Source of the DNA: Gammaproteobacteria bacterium RIFCSPLOWO2_02_FULL_38_11
GTDB taxonomy: Bacteria; Pseudomonadota; Gammaproteobacteria; HIGHO2-12-38-15
Assembly: GCA_001801745.1 (NCBI GenBank)
Contig: MGYM01000003.1
Location: 26,097-60,409, forward strand
Direction of reading: 5' to 3'
DNA: 34,313 nucleotides
The notes under the pieces were generated by a model, which had not been told where the DNA came from, did not search any database, and saw only the letters and a program-made list of their open reading frames with translations. The stretch's first letter is position 1. Each line of letters begins with the position of its first letter. Positions 1-9,926 of the stretch are shown in pieces. Made by a program: the position numbers and the translations under genes.

Positions 1-174
1 CTGAAAGGAACAAGCAATGCAGCCACACCTTTAACCGAAAATAAAAAAGCCTTGCTCACCTGCGATGTTTGGGAACACGCTTATTATATTGATTATCGCA
101 ACGCACGCCCTAAATATGTCGAGCAATTTTGGAATTTAGTCAATTGGCATTTTGTTGCGGAACAATACACATAA
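1..174 (+). CDS. sodB: Fe/Mn superoxide dismutase, C-terminal part (5' truncated by window edge)
   Basis: Frame 1 from base 1 reads ...TSNAATPL...[32 protein letters not shown]...*. DVWEHAYY is the Fe/Mn-SOD signature and TSNA-type residues fit the Fe form. Stop TAA at 172-174. Absent from the ORF track. Confidence 0.93.
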   Translation: MKGTSNAATPLTENKKALLTCDVWEHAYYIDYRNARPKYVEQFWNLVNWHFVAEQYT

Positions 175-1412
175 TGAAATTTTTTTTAAAAAGGAAACAT
201 TTATCTACTTGCTTAACTTATTTATCTATCTTTGGGCCAGGCATTGTCGTCATGCTTGCAGATACCGATGCAGGCAGCGTGATTGTTGCGGCACAAAGCG
301 GCGCAATATGGGGTTATAAACTTTTATTTTTGCAATTCATTTTAATGCCCATTCTTTTTATTACTCAAGAGCTCACTGTCAGGCTGGGCTTAGTGACGGG
401 CAAAGGCCATGGTGAGTTGATAAAAAAAGAATTTGGCACTTTCTGGGCGTGGATTTCAGTTTCTACTTTATTGGTTTGTTGTGTGGGCGCCATTATTACT
501 GAGCTCAGTGGATTAGCCAGCGTAGGTGCTTTAGCAGATATCCCTGTTAGAAAAACCATGACACTCACTTTATTATTTTTAATCTTCATCGCTTGGACAG
601 GCACCTACCGCTCCGTCGAATTAATTGCGCTTTGCATCGGCGCATTTGAACTTGTTTTTTTATGGGTTGCATTCAAAGCCCATCCTTCCTTATCTGAAAT
701 TAAAACACAATTGATTCAAATTCCTTGGCACAATCAAAATTTTCTTTATCTCATGGCAGGAAATATTGGCGCAGTCATCATGCCGTGGATGATCTTCTAT
801 CAACAATCTGCTTTATTAGATAAAGGTTTATCTGCCAAACATTTAAAGATTGCCCGCTGGGATACCGCCATCGGCGCCTTCATCACACAACTTATTATGG
901 CGGCCGTATTAATTACGACAGCAGCGTCATTAGGAAAAACGCACCCAGGCTCATTAAACACAGTACAAGATATTACAAATGCTCTCACACCCACCTTAGG
1001 TGATGCAGTAGGAAAATTACTTTTTTCTTTAGGCATGATCGGCGCTTCTCTGGTGGCTACCATTGTGGTGTCGCTGACAGCGGCTTGGGGATTGGGAGAA
1101 ATTTTAGGATACCGTCGTTCTTTGCAAGATCATCCCTTGGAAGCCCCTTGGTTTTATGGTGTTTACACCTTAACACTCATTGCAGGTGGCTTAGTTGTTG
1201 CCTCGGGGATCAACCTTGTGAAACTCAGCGTAGCCGTGGAAGTAATGAACGCCCTCTTGCTTCCGATCGTTCTAGGATTTTTATATATGCTTGCTTGGAA
1301 AACTTTACCTGAACCTTATCGACTAAAAGGAAAATATGCCGTGTTCACAGGGATTATCCTGGGTGCAACCTCTCTTTTTGGTCTGATCGCAGGATTAATG
1401 GGGATTTTTTAA
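174..1412 (+). CDS. NRAMP/SLC11-related divalent metal transporter with non-canonical motifs
   Basis: Polytopic membrane protein with GPG...LADTDAGS (TM1) and GAVIMPWMIFYQQS (TM6). The ATG at 174 overlaps the sodB stop (TAATG), so it is preferred over the TTG at 129. Confidence 0.85.
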   Translation: MKFFLKRKHLSTCLTYLSIFGPGIVVMLADTDAGSVIVAAQSGAIWGYKLLFLQFILMPILFITQELTVRLGLVTGKGHGELIKKEFGTFWAWISVSTLLVCCVGAIITELSGLASVGALADIPVRKTMTLTLLFLIFIAWTGTYRSVELIALCIGAFELVFLWVAFKAHPSLSEIKTQLIQIPWHNQNFLYLMAGNIGAVIMPWMIFYQQSALLDKGLSAKHLKIARWDTAIGAFITQLIMAAVLITTAASLGKTHPGSLNTVQDITNALTPTLGDAVGKLLFSLGMIGASLVATIVVSLTAAWGLGEILGYRRSLQDHPLEAPWFYGVYTLTLIAGGLVVASGINLVKLSVAVEVMNALLLPIVLGFLYMLAWKTLPEPYRLKGKYAVFTGIILGATSLFGLIAGLMGIF

Positions 1413-1471
1413 AATAAAATTTAAAAATTCTTAGAGAAAAAAATGTTAGTTGGATTGTGCATAAGTACACA

Positions 1472-2186
1472 TCAAGAACAAGAAGAACGTGCTGCAAGCT
1501 TGGATGTTTGCTCGACTTCCTGCTTTAACCAATCTTTAAACTCTTGCATCTGTCGGTCTCTCACTTCGCATAAGCAGTCGTAAGCTGCTAAGTCCAAAGC
1601 AAACTCTGGCTGATACGCACAAACCGCCAACGCTTGCAAATCTTCATCTCTTAACTTCTGATAATCCTCAGTATAATTTCCAAGTTTCTTCCAAGCCTCC
1701 TTTGCCGCCACTGAACTGCCCGCTGGACCCACCTCTGGGCGTTTGTGGGCACAGGGCCAATTGGCACGTATAACAGCGGAAGAAAAACCAAGACCTGAGG
1801 ATGGAGATTCCAGGGGATACCAAAACGTTGTAGAGCGCTTACTTTTGGAAATTTCCTTAAAGAATAATCCATCACATTAGAAAACATATAAAGAAGTTCC
1901 GGATAGCTTTCTAGTAGTCTCTCTGCTGCTGCTACATCCTCTTTTTCAGCGTGCGCAATATGTTCTAGGAGTTTTAATAAAATAGGTTGACTGGCAAAAA
2001 ATCCGAGGGCAAAAAAATCATTCTGTCGTGATTTTTTTTCAGGACGCACCGCTTTTACTAGCTTTTCTATCTCTTCTGATGACAGTCTGATGACAGTTGT
2101 GAGAGAATTTCTATTAACAGCTCGTCAGGCAAATCTTGGATACCTACTTCTTGTGCTTTTTCATTTATTTCAGATTCGTTTGGCAT
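1472..2186 (-). pseudogene. F-box-containing effector-like gene, broken by an 11-bp tandem duplication and a second frameshift/probable internal deletion
   Basis: ATG at 2186 with GAGAG upstream gives MPNESEINEKAQEVGIQDLPDELLIEILSQL (F-box motif). The duplicated TCTGATGACAG (2075-2085, 2086-2096) causes a frameshift, and removing one copy joins this to ORF 1651..2049. A second frame switch near 1828 leads into TFWYPLESPSSGLGFSSAVIR... and ORF 1472..1732. Confidence 0.8.
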
Positions 2187-2225
2187 AAAAATCTCTCTAT
2201 ATCATGATTATAAAAATGAGAAAAT

Positions 2226-2268
2226 ATTGTAGAGCGAAACCAGACTAAAAAGATTAACAAACTATTAA
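2226..2268 (-). promoter_or_regulatory. PmrA-type direct-repeat box plus -10 element for the F-box gene
   Basis: Minus strand reads gTTAATagtttgTTAATctt (TTAAT at 2268-2264 and 2257-2253, 11-bp period). TACAAT (2231-2226) follows 21 nt after the second TTAAT. Confidence 0.55.
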
Positions 2269-2376
2269 CTGCGCCTTTTCTTGGAGTTAAGTTCTCTGTA
2301 GGGGATAAATTTAAAATTACCTATAATTTCCCTTTCTCTTGCACAGGAGGATTTTCTAGCATCGTATCTTATTTGA

Positions 2377-2589
2377 TTATGGGGTCCATTCAGTATGGAA
2401 TTTTTTGTGTTTTTTCGCACAATCACGTAAATAAAAATTAATAAGTGTTTGATAAGGAATTTCATTATCTTTAGATAGCTGTTTAAAATAATCGATTGTA
2501 TCAACATCAAGCCTGATGGTAATTTGCTTTTTCAGATCATGAATATAAGGATTTTTTTTCGCTTTCGAAAAATCATATTCTTTTTTCAT
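2377..2589 (-). CDS. brnA: BrnA-family antitoxin (RHH DNA-binding)
   Basis: 70 aa, MKKEYDFSKAKKNPY...KKQITIRLD...YFK...IPYQTLIN.YLR, typical BrnA pattern. ATGA overlap with the upstream toxin. Confidence 0.88.
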   Translation of the reverse strand: MKKEYDFSKAKKNPYIHDLKKQITIRLDVDTIDYFKQLSKDNEIPYQTLINFYLRDCAKKHKKFHTEWTP

Positions 2590-2876
2590 AAACTATCACC
2601 ATAATAAGTTAATTCCTTTTTAGTTGCTTTCCTGGCTGAAATAATACGTATAATCTTCTCTTCTTTCCGATAACAATGAACTACAATCAGCATGCGTAGG
2701 ATCGCACTCAATCCTAACATGACGAACCTATCTTCATCATCAGAATGCCCTGGATCATGAATAATAATCGCGTTTTCGTCATAAAATATCGTTTTTGCTT
2801 CTTCAAATGTAATGCGATGTTTTTGCTTATTAATGGACGCCTTAATAGGGTCCCATTCAAATATAATATTTTTCAT
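2586..2876 (-). CDS. brnT: BrnT-family ribonuclease toxin
   Basis: FEWD..K...N..KH.I.FEEA...H S..EDR...G...IRIISARKA, the BrnT signature. Toxin-before-antitoxin order. Confidence 0.92.
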   Translation of the reverse strand: MKNIIFEWDPIKASINKQKHRITFEEAKTIFYDENAIIIHDPGHSDDEDRFVMLGLSAILRMLIVVHCYRKEEKIIRIISARKATKKELTYYGDSL

Positions 2877-2910
2877 ATTTACAGTATAACTACATTATAA
2901 GTTTTTGCAA
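2877..2910 (-). promoter_or_regulatory. Putative sigma70 promoter with palindromic operator; probably leaderless brnT mRNA
   Basis: Minus strand: TTGCAA (2910-2905), 16 nt, TATACT (2888-2883), 6 nt, ATG (2876). No Shine-Dalgarno. The palindrome TATAA-N5-TTATA (2885-2899) overlaps the spacer and -10. Confidence 0.5.
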
Positions 2911-2945
2911 CAAACATCCTGGAATCCAATCACATCCATAAAAAA

Positions 2946-4679
2946 TCATTCTAAGGTCTCTAAACTTTTTAAAAGTTTATCCGCATCCACCTCACCCACG
3001 AGCGTTTTTTCTTTTAAAAATTTACCGGCAGGATTGAAAAATAAAAGCGTGGGCGGTGCAATAACATCATATTTTTTTTGCATGCGCGTCGTTGCCTCAT
3101 TCACAGATGAAATATCCGCTTTGATCAAAACAAGATTTTTCAATTTTTCTTGCACAGCTCGGTTTGTAAAAGTAAATGCTTCCATTTGCTTGCATGACAT
3201 ACACCACTTGGCAGAAAAATCTATCATGGCATAATGCCCTTTTGCCTTTGAAAGCGCCCTCGATAACTCTTCAGGCGTTTTAACAATATGAAAACTTAAA
3301 TCTGATTTTTCAAAGGTCTTCTTTTCTTTTTTCAAAGGCATTAAAGGATTACCATTTCCTTGCGCCGCACCCACTAATAAAATAATGCCGTAGACAAATA
3401 AAATGTAAGCAACACCCTGCCAAGCACGCTCTATACCACGGTTGGGTAGCGGCGTAAAAATCCCCATATTGATCGCTGTAATAATCAATAAACCACCCCA
3501 TAGCACCAAAGAAATAAACTCAGGCAGGAAACGAGAAATTAAAGTGATCGCTAAACCCAACATGATGACACCAAAAAATGCCTTCACCACGTGCATCCAT
3601 TTCCCCGTTTTCGGTAACAAGCGTGGGCCAAACGTACCTAACAACAATAAAGGCAGACCCATCCCTAATCCCATGATCCATAATGCGAAACCACCTAAAA
3701 CTAAATTTCCACGCTGGCTAATCAAACTTAATGCTGCCACCAGAGGCGCACTCACACACGGTGACACAATTAAAATAGATAAAAACCCCATGAAAAAAGC
3801 ACCAATAAAACTTCCACTTTTTTGTTTATTACTTAAATGTGTCGCATGGTGTTGCAAAAAAGAAGGTAGGCGCAAATCAAATAATCCAAATAAAGATAAA
3901 GCTAAAATAATAAATAAAATACTGAAGGTCGTTAAAACCAAGGGACATTGCATATACGCTTGTAAATGACTACCCGCCAACCCTGCCAACACACCCGCTA
4001 TCGCATAGGCAATGGACATGCCTAACACATACAAGAGTGAAAGAGAAAAACTACGGAATGTACCCAGCTTGCCTTCTTGTCCCAGAATAATGCTCGATAA
4101 AATCGGGATCATGGGCAACACACAAGGTGTAAAACTCAGTAAAATACCAAAACCGAAAAACCCTAATAATAAAACAAACACGCCGCCTTCTTGAAAAAAC
4201 AACATCATTCTTTCTGAGAAACTCTCTTTGGCTTCACTTATGTTTTTTAAACCCGCCTCTTTTTCTACACCATCAAGCGAAATGACTTGTTTCATGGGAG
4301 GATAACAAAACCCTTTTTCAGAACAGCCTTGATAGGTTACTTGCAATTTACTTTTATTCGTTAAAGCATCGCTTAACGGCACAACTAATTTAAGTTGTTT
4401 AGCATAGACTTGATGCTTACCTGAAAATTTATCCTGTTTCTGTATCGCAGAAGGAAATAGCACTTTTCCTAGAGGAATAGCCCCCTCTGGCATCAATTCA
4501 AATTTAAAATGTTCTTTATAAAGATAATAACCCGGCGCAATATTCCATTGTAAAATGACTTTTGCCCCCTCTTGTTTTCCTGAAAATTCAAACGCTTGGC
4601 TTGCCGGCAAAGCCCCTTGGGCCGCATGCCCTAAAGCCATAAAAAAATAAAGTATCCCTACTATCCACCCCTTCTTCAT
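2946..4679 (-). CDS. dsbD: Thiol:disulfide interchange protein DsbD
   Basis: Signal peptide, N-domain YQGC..GFCYPP, TM domain FTPCVLPM and SPCVSAPL, C-terminal thioredoxin WCMSC. Start 4679 chosen for its GAGGGG SD; the 4730 start lies in the groES promoter. Confidence 0.93.
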   Translation of the reverse strand: MKKGWIVGILYFFMALGHAAQGALPASQAFEFSGKQEGAKVILQWNIAPGYYLYKEHFKFELMPEGAIPLGKVLFPSAIQKQDKFSGKHQVYAKQLKLVVPLSDALTNKSKLQVTYQGCSEKGFCYPPMKQVISLDGVEKEAGLKNISEAKESFSERMMLFFQEGGVFVLLLGFFGFGILLSFTPCVLPMIPILSSIILGQEGKLGTFRSFSLSLLYVLGMSIAYAIAGVLAGLAGSHLQAYMQCPLVLTTFSILFIILALSLFGLFDLRLPSFLQHHATHLSNKQKSGSFIGAFFMGFLSILIVSPCVSAPLVAALSLISQRGNLVLGGFALWIMGLGMGLPLLLLGTFGPRLLPKTGKWMHVVKAFFGVIMLGLAITLISRFLPEFISLVLWGGLLIITAINMGIFTPLPNRGIERAWQGVAYILFVYGIILLVGAAQGNGNPLMPLKKEKKTFEKSDLSFHIVKTPEELSRALSKAKGHYAMIDFSAKWCMSCKQMEAFTFTNRAVQEKLKNLVLIKADISSVNEATTRMQKKYDVIAPPTLLFFNPAGKFLKEKTLVGEVDADKLLKSLETLE

Positions 4680-4729
4680 GAACTTCCCCTCGTTAAAAGA
4701 CATAAATTCTGAGGCTACTTGAAAAATCA

Positions 4730-4757
4730 CTTGAAAACCAGATACAACCGCCCATTT
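4730..4757 (+). promoter_or_regulatory. Sigma32 (RpoH) heat-shock promoter of groESL
   Basis: CTTGAAA (4730-4736), 13 nt, GCCCATTT (4750-4757). Fits the RpoH consensus CTTGAAA-N13-17-CCCCATnT. Confidence 0.7.
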
Positions 4758-4785
4758 TAATTTAGGTACCCAGAATGAAAATATC

Positions 4786-4813
4786 TTGACAGTAATTCTG
4801 GGTGGATTATCAT
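4786..4813 (+). promoter_or_regulatory. Sigma70-type promoter of groESL
   Basis: TTGACA (4786-4791), 16 nt, TATCAT (4808-4813), directly abutting the CIRCE. Confidence 0.6.
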
Positions 4814-4839
4814 TAGCAGTCTAAAAACGAGAGTGCCAA
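4813..4839 (+). promoter_or_regulatory. CIRCE operator (HrcA binding site)
   Basis: TTAGCAGTC-N9-GAGTGCCAA versus consensus TTAGCACTC-N9-GAGTGCTAA (one mismatch per arm), upstream of groES. Confidence 0.85.
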
Positions 4840-4933
4840 GCTTTTCAAAAAGCCTCTCTTTTTCAAGATTGAAATCTTCACATAGCATAAGGGTATCTCT
4901 AAAAAGAAATGCCCTAAATAAGGAGAGTAAAAC

Positions 4934-5233
4934 ATGTCTGAAAGCATCAACCTTCGTCCCTTAGGGGATCGTGTCATTGTTCAACGACTTGAAACAGAAC
5001 GAACATCAGCAGGTGGTATTGTTATTCCTGATAATGCCGCAGAAAAACCAAGCAAAGCTAAAGTCGTAGCTGTCGGCCCAGGCAGACGCTTAGACAATGG
5101 CGACACCCGCATACTAGATGTTAAGAAAGGTGATAACATTCTTTTCGGAAAATATTCAGGTAGTGAAATCGAGATTGACGCTCGAAAATTCCTTGTATTA
5201 CGCGAAGAAGACATTATGGCGATCATCGACTAA
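4934..5233 (+). CDS. groES: Co-chaperonin GroES
   Basis: LRPLGDRV...[13 protein letters not shown]...VGPG...FGKYSG; AAGGAG SD. Confidence 0.98.
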   Translation: MSESINLRPLGDRVIVQRLETERTSAGGIVIPDNAAEKPSKAKVVAVGPGRRLDNGDTRILDVKKGDNILFGKYSGSEIEIDARKFLVLREEDIMAIID

Positions 5234-5241
5234 TTTTTTAA

Positions 5242-6909
<1,668 letters not shown>

Positions 6910-6917
6910 TTTCACTC

Positions 6918-6950
6918 GATAAAAACCCCGCATAATGCGGGGTTTTTATC
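6918..6950. terminator. Intrinsic (likely bidirectional) terminator after groEL
   Basis: GATAAAAACCCCGCAT-A-ATGCGGGGTTTTTATC, a perfect 16-bp inverted repeat with A/T tracts on both sides. Confidence 0.88.
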
Positions 6951-6976
6951 ATTTATGGTTGCATGGAGAAGATTTT

Positions 6977-7405
6977 ATGTTCCGTAGGTTACATCAATTT
7001 TTTGACCCTGTTAGATTAACATTGATGTCAGGCATAACATCAACACAGTTAGCAAACACTAGAAGTTTAGTAACTTACGCAGTACGCCCCACAAGAACTG
7101 ACGATCCTAAACAACCCACCTCACGCACTCACTTTGAAATCACTCTGCAATCCAGCGACAAACCTCTTTCTGAACAAGAACAGGAAGAACGCTTACAAGC
7201 TTTTTGTGCCGAACTACGAAAAATGCGCCTGCGCGCTGCCACAATAAAAATACCTGTCGATGGACCTAAATCTAAAATGACAGCTGTCGTTGTAGAAGCT
7301 GGGAGTCTTTCTTTCGAAGAACTAGTCAGGCTCACCGCTGAACGCATCGAAGAACGATTCAATCAGCCCCACGCAGAAGAGAAAAATATTTCTCTGCAAC
7401 GTTAA
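6977..7405 (+). CDS. Hypothetical protein (142 aa), effector-like, with Arg/Ser/Thr-rich N-terminus
   Basis: GGAG SD before ATG 6977. The track's 6935 start lies inside the terminator. No family recognised. Confidence 0.65.
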   Translation: MFRRLHQFFDPVRLTLMSGITSTQLANTRSLVTYAVRPTRTDDPKQPTSRTHFEITLQSSDKPLSEQEQEERLQAFCAELRKMRLRAATIKIPVDGPKSKMTAVVVEAGSLSFEELVRLTAERIEERFNQPHAEEKNISLQR

Positions 7406-7409
7406 ACTT

Positions 7410-7760
7410 CTATATCCCAAGTCTAGGATTAGGATAAGATTTAATACACACTTGTTCTATCATCGCTTCTTTAACTCTTTGCTGATTTAGAAGGTGATAA
7501 GCTTCTTCAAAAAGAACCTTCTTTTCGAGATATCTCTTTAATCCGATCATTTTCCGTTGAATCTTTTGAAAGAATGCTTATAAACCATCCTCAGCACATG
7601 ATTTAGCTGCCTCCTCATAGTCAGCACATGAAATATATTCCCCACTGTTATTATCAACATGTCCCATTATCGAAGAATTTCTCAAACGCCTGGTTTGTAA
7701 AACTTTGGCGTTCCTAGCTAGTGGCGCCAATACTACAAAGACAAAACGTTCATAACGCAT
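7410..7760 (-). pseudogene. Probable degraded gene with in-frame premature stop
   Basis: AAGGTGAG SD before ATG 7760. After TAA at 7580-7578 the same frame stays open for 55 more codons (AFFQKIQRK...SYPNPRLGI) to TAG at 7412-7410. Confidence 0.4.
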
Positions 7761-7843
7761 TGCTCTCACCTTTTAAAAAAATAATATCAATACTTAATTT
7801 ATAGCAAAAAAATTCATATTCCGTTAATAAGAGAAGTGTTAGA

Positions 7844-8686
7844 ATGGAAAGATTAAATTCATTTAATTTTTTTACATATATGATCACAGAAACACAAATT
7901 CAGTTAATCTATGATTTCATAAGCCAGATTCGAGTGTACACCTCGGAAATTTTTACGAGCCCTCCACCGATAGAAGAAGAAGAGGAAGAAGACAAAACCG
8001 AAAAAGAAGAAAAAATCGTAGAAAAAAAAATTAAAGAAGATGCAAAAAATAAATTGTCAGAAATCGCAAAAAAAATAATTGAAGAAGCAGAAAAAAGTAA
8101 TGATTTTTCATTTTTTCTCTGCAATGAAATTTTGCCTCATCTCCCTTTATCCGACATCAATATCATCAGAACAAATCCTCAATATCACGCAAAAATCATG
8201 CTTTATTTCAGAATAGAACATATTGTAAAATACCACGAGCTACCTCAGAATCGTAGGGAATTTCATACGATTTTCACTACATTATTAAAAAAAGAAGCCT
8301 CTAAAACACAAACATCGTCGCCTCGATGCCAATTCTCCTTAGAAGCAAACACTGTCCAGACTTTTTTTAAAGAGGAAAATACTTCTGAAAACCAACTAGG
8401 AATAGAAATAGAAGTAGAAAGTGATGAAGAACCTCTTTCTCCTCCCCCTCGTTTTTTTCCAACTCTTGAAGAAGAATATTATCGAAGAGATGAAAAACAA
8501 GCTGCCCTTTCAAGCCATGAAGAAATAGAAGTAGTTATAGATAGCGAACCGCCTCCTTTATCAGGCGCAGAAGAAACTTTCTTATATCATCCCAGAAAAC
8601 GACCTGCTACTAGCCAAGAAAGAACAGAAATAGAAATAGAAATAGAAAACTCACTCCCACCATCGACACCTTTTCGCAATTCTTAA
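7844..8686 (+). CDS. Hypothetical acidic/Pro-rich protein with three repeated IE(I/V)-acidic-Pro motifs; effector candidate
   Basis: 280-aa ORF with a poly-Glu tract and repeats IEIEVESDEEPLSPPP, IEVVIDSEPPPLS, IEIEIENSLPPS. Start may be 7844 or 7880. Confidence 0.7.
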   Translation: MERLNSFNFFTYMITETQIQLIYDFISQIRVYTSEIFTSPPPIEEEEEEDKTEKEEKIVEKKIKEDAKNKLSEIAKKIIEEAEKSNDFSFFLCNEILPHLPLSDINIIRTNPQYHAKIMLYFRIEHIVKYHELPQNRREFHTIFTTLLKKEASKTQTSSPRCQFSLEANTVQTFFKEENTSENQLGIEIEVESDEEPLSPPPRFFPTLEEEYYRRDEKQAALSSHEEIEVVIDSEPPPLSGAEETFLYHPRKRPATSQERTEIEIEIENSLPPSTPFRNS

Positions 8687-8721
8687 AAAATAAAAAATTT
8701 ATCCGCGAAAAAGTTCAGAAT

Positions 8722-9279
8722 TTAAAGAGTCAAAAAATGCTGCCTATAATAACGCAACTCTGCAATTGAATCTAAAATATCTTGTAAAGCAATATGCTGA
8801 GAGTCTTTTTTAAAATTCGCTGCAATCTCCGGCTTCCAACGCAAGGCTAATTCCTTCAGCGTACTGACATCTAAATTTCGATAATGAAAATATTGCTCTA
8901 ATTCAGGCATAAATCGTGATAAAAAACGTCGATCTTGGCAAACACTGTTCCCACACATCGGTGATTTTTTAGGTTTAACATATTCTTTAATAAATAATAA
9001 AGTTTCACTTTCGGCCTCTTTTTCAGAAATTTGGCTCAGCTTCACTCGCTCAACCAAGCCTGAAGCCTTATGTTGTCGAGTATTCCACTTATCCATTCTC
9101 TCTAAAATTTCATCGGGTTGACGAATTGCAAAAATAGGCCCCTGGGCTAGGACATTCAAATCAACATCCGTCACCAATGTGGCAATTTCAATAATATAAT
9201 CACGAGATGTATCAAGACCTGTCATCTCCAGATCAATCCAAATCAAATTGTCAGATTTCACTTGTTGTTGCATACTCAT
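8722..9279 (-). CDS. orn: Oligoribonuclease
   Basis: [58 protein letters not shown] before ATG 9279. Confidence 0.97.
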   Translation of the reverse strand: MSMQQQVKSDNLIWIDLEMTGLDTSRDYIIEIATLVTDVDLNVLAQGPIFAIRQPDEILERMDKWNTRQHKASGLVERVKLSQISEKEAESETLLFIKEYVKPKKSPMCGNSVCQDRRFLSRFMPELEQYFHYRNLDVSTLKELALRWKPEIAANFKKDSQHIALQDILDSIAELRYYRQHFLTL

Positions 9280-9333
9280 TCTTTTATCCTCCCCCTTAAT
9301 CAAAGAAACCATCTTAGAAAACAAGGTCTTATT

Positions 9334-9924
9334 ATGCAAATTTTAATTTTTATTGTATTGCTTATTTTTTCTTATCTATTAGGCTCAATTTCAAGCGCCA
9401 TTTTAATTTGTAAATTATTAGGCTTGCCTGATCCTCGCAAGGAAGGTTCAGGTAATCCAGGGGCAAGCAATGTATCACGCATCGCAGGGAAAAAGGTGGC
9501 CGCTGTTGTTTTTATAGGAGATGCCTTAAAAGGCATTGTTCCTCTGGTAATAGCCCATCATTTTCATCTTTCTTTATTGTTGCAAGGCTATATTGGCCTT
9601 GCTGCCATTCTAGGCCATAGCTTTCCTCTTTTTTTTAAGTTTAAAGGCGGTAAGGGGGTTGCAACTTTTTTTGGTGTATTGCTCATGTTGTCATGGCCCA
9701 TCGCCTTACTGCTTATTATGTTATGGGTCATCGTTGCCAAGCTCTTTCATTATGCCTCGGCAGCTTCTATTCTCACTGCGGTCTTAGCACCTTTTATTAC
9801 ATTTTATTTTTATCGCCCCCTCGTCGTATTACCTATTTTCTTGATGTCTTTATTGATTATTTACAGGCATAAAAAAAATATTTTTCGTCTTTTGAAAAAA
9901 AAGGAAAATAAACTAGGAGTTTAA
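9334..9924 (+). CDS. plsY: Glycerol-3-phosphate acyltransferase PlsY
   Basis: [38 protein letters not shown]. Start at ATG 9334. Confidence 0.95.
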   Translation: MQILIFIVLLIFSYLLGSISSAILICKLLGLPDPRKEGSGNPGASNVSRIAGKKVAAVVFIGDALKGIVPLVIAHHFHLSLLLQGYIGLAAILGHSFPLFFKFKGGKGVATFFGVLLMLSWPIALLLIMLWVIVAKLFHYASAASILTAVLAPFITFYFYRPLVVLPIFLMSLLIIYRHKKNIFRLLKKKENKLGV

Positions 9925-9926
9925 TC

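Noticed and set aside
129-173. TTG-initiated N-terminal extension of the NRAMP ORF
   Set aside because: Lies inside the sodB coding sequence; ATG 174 gives a clean stop/start coupling.
2265-2510. 81-aa minus-strand ORF overlapping brnA
   Set aside because: Alternate frame of brnA running into the F-box promoter region; no recognisable features.
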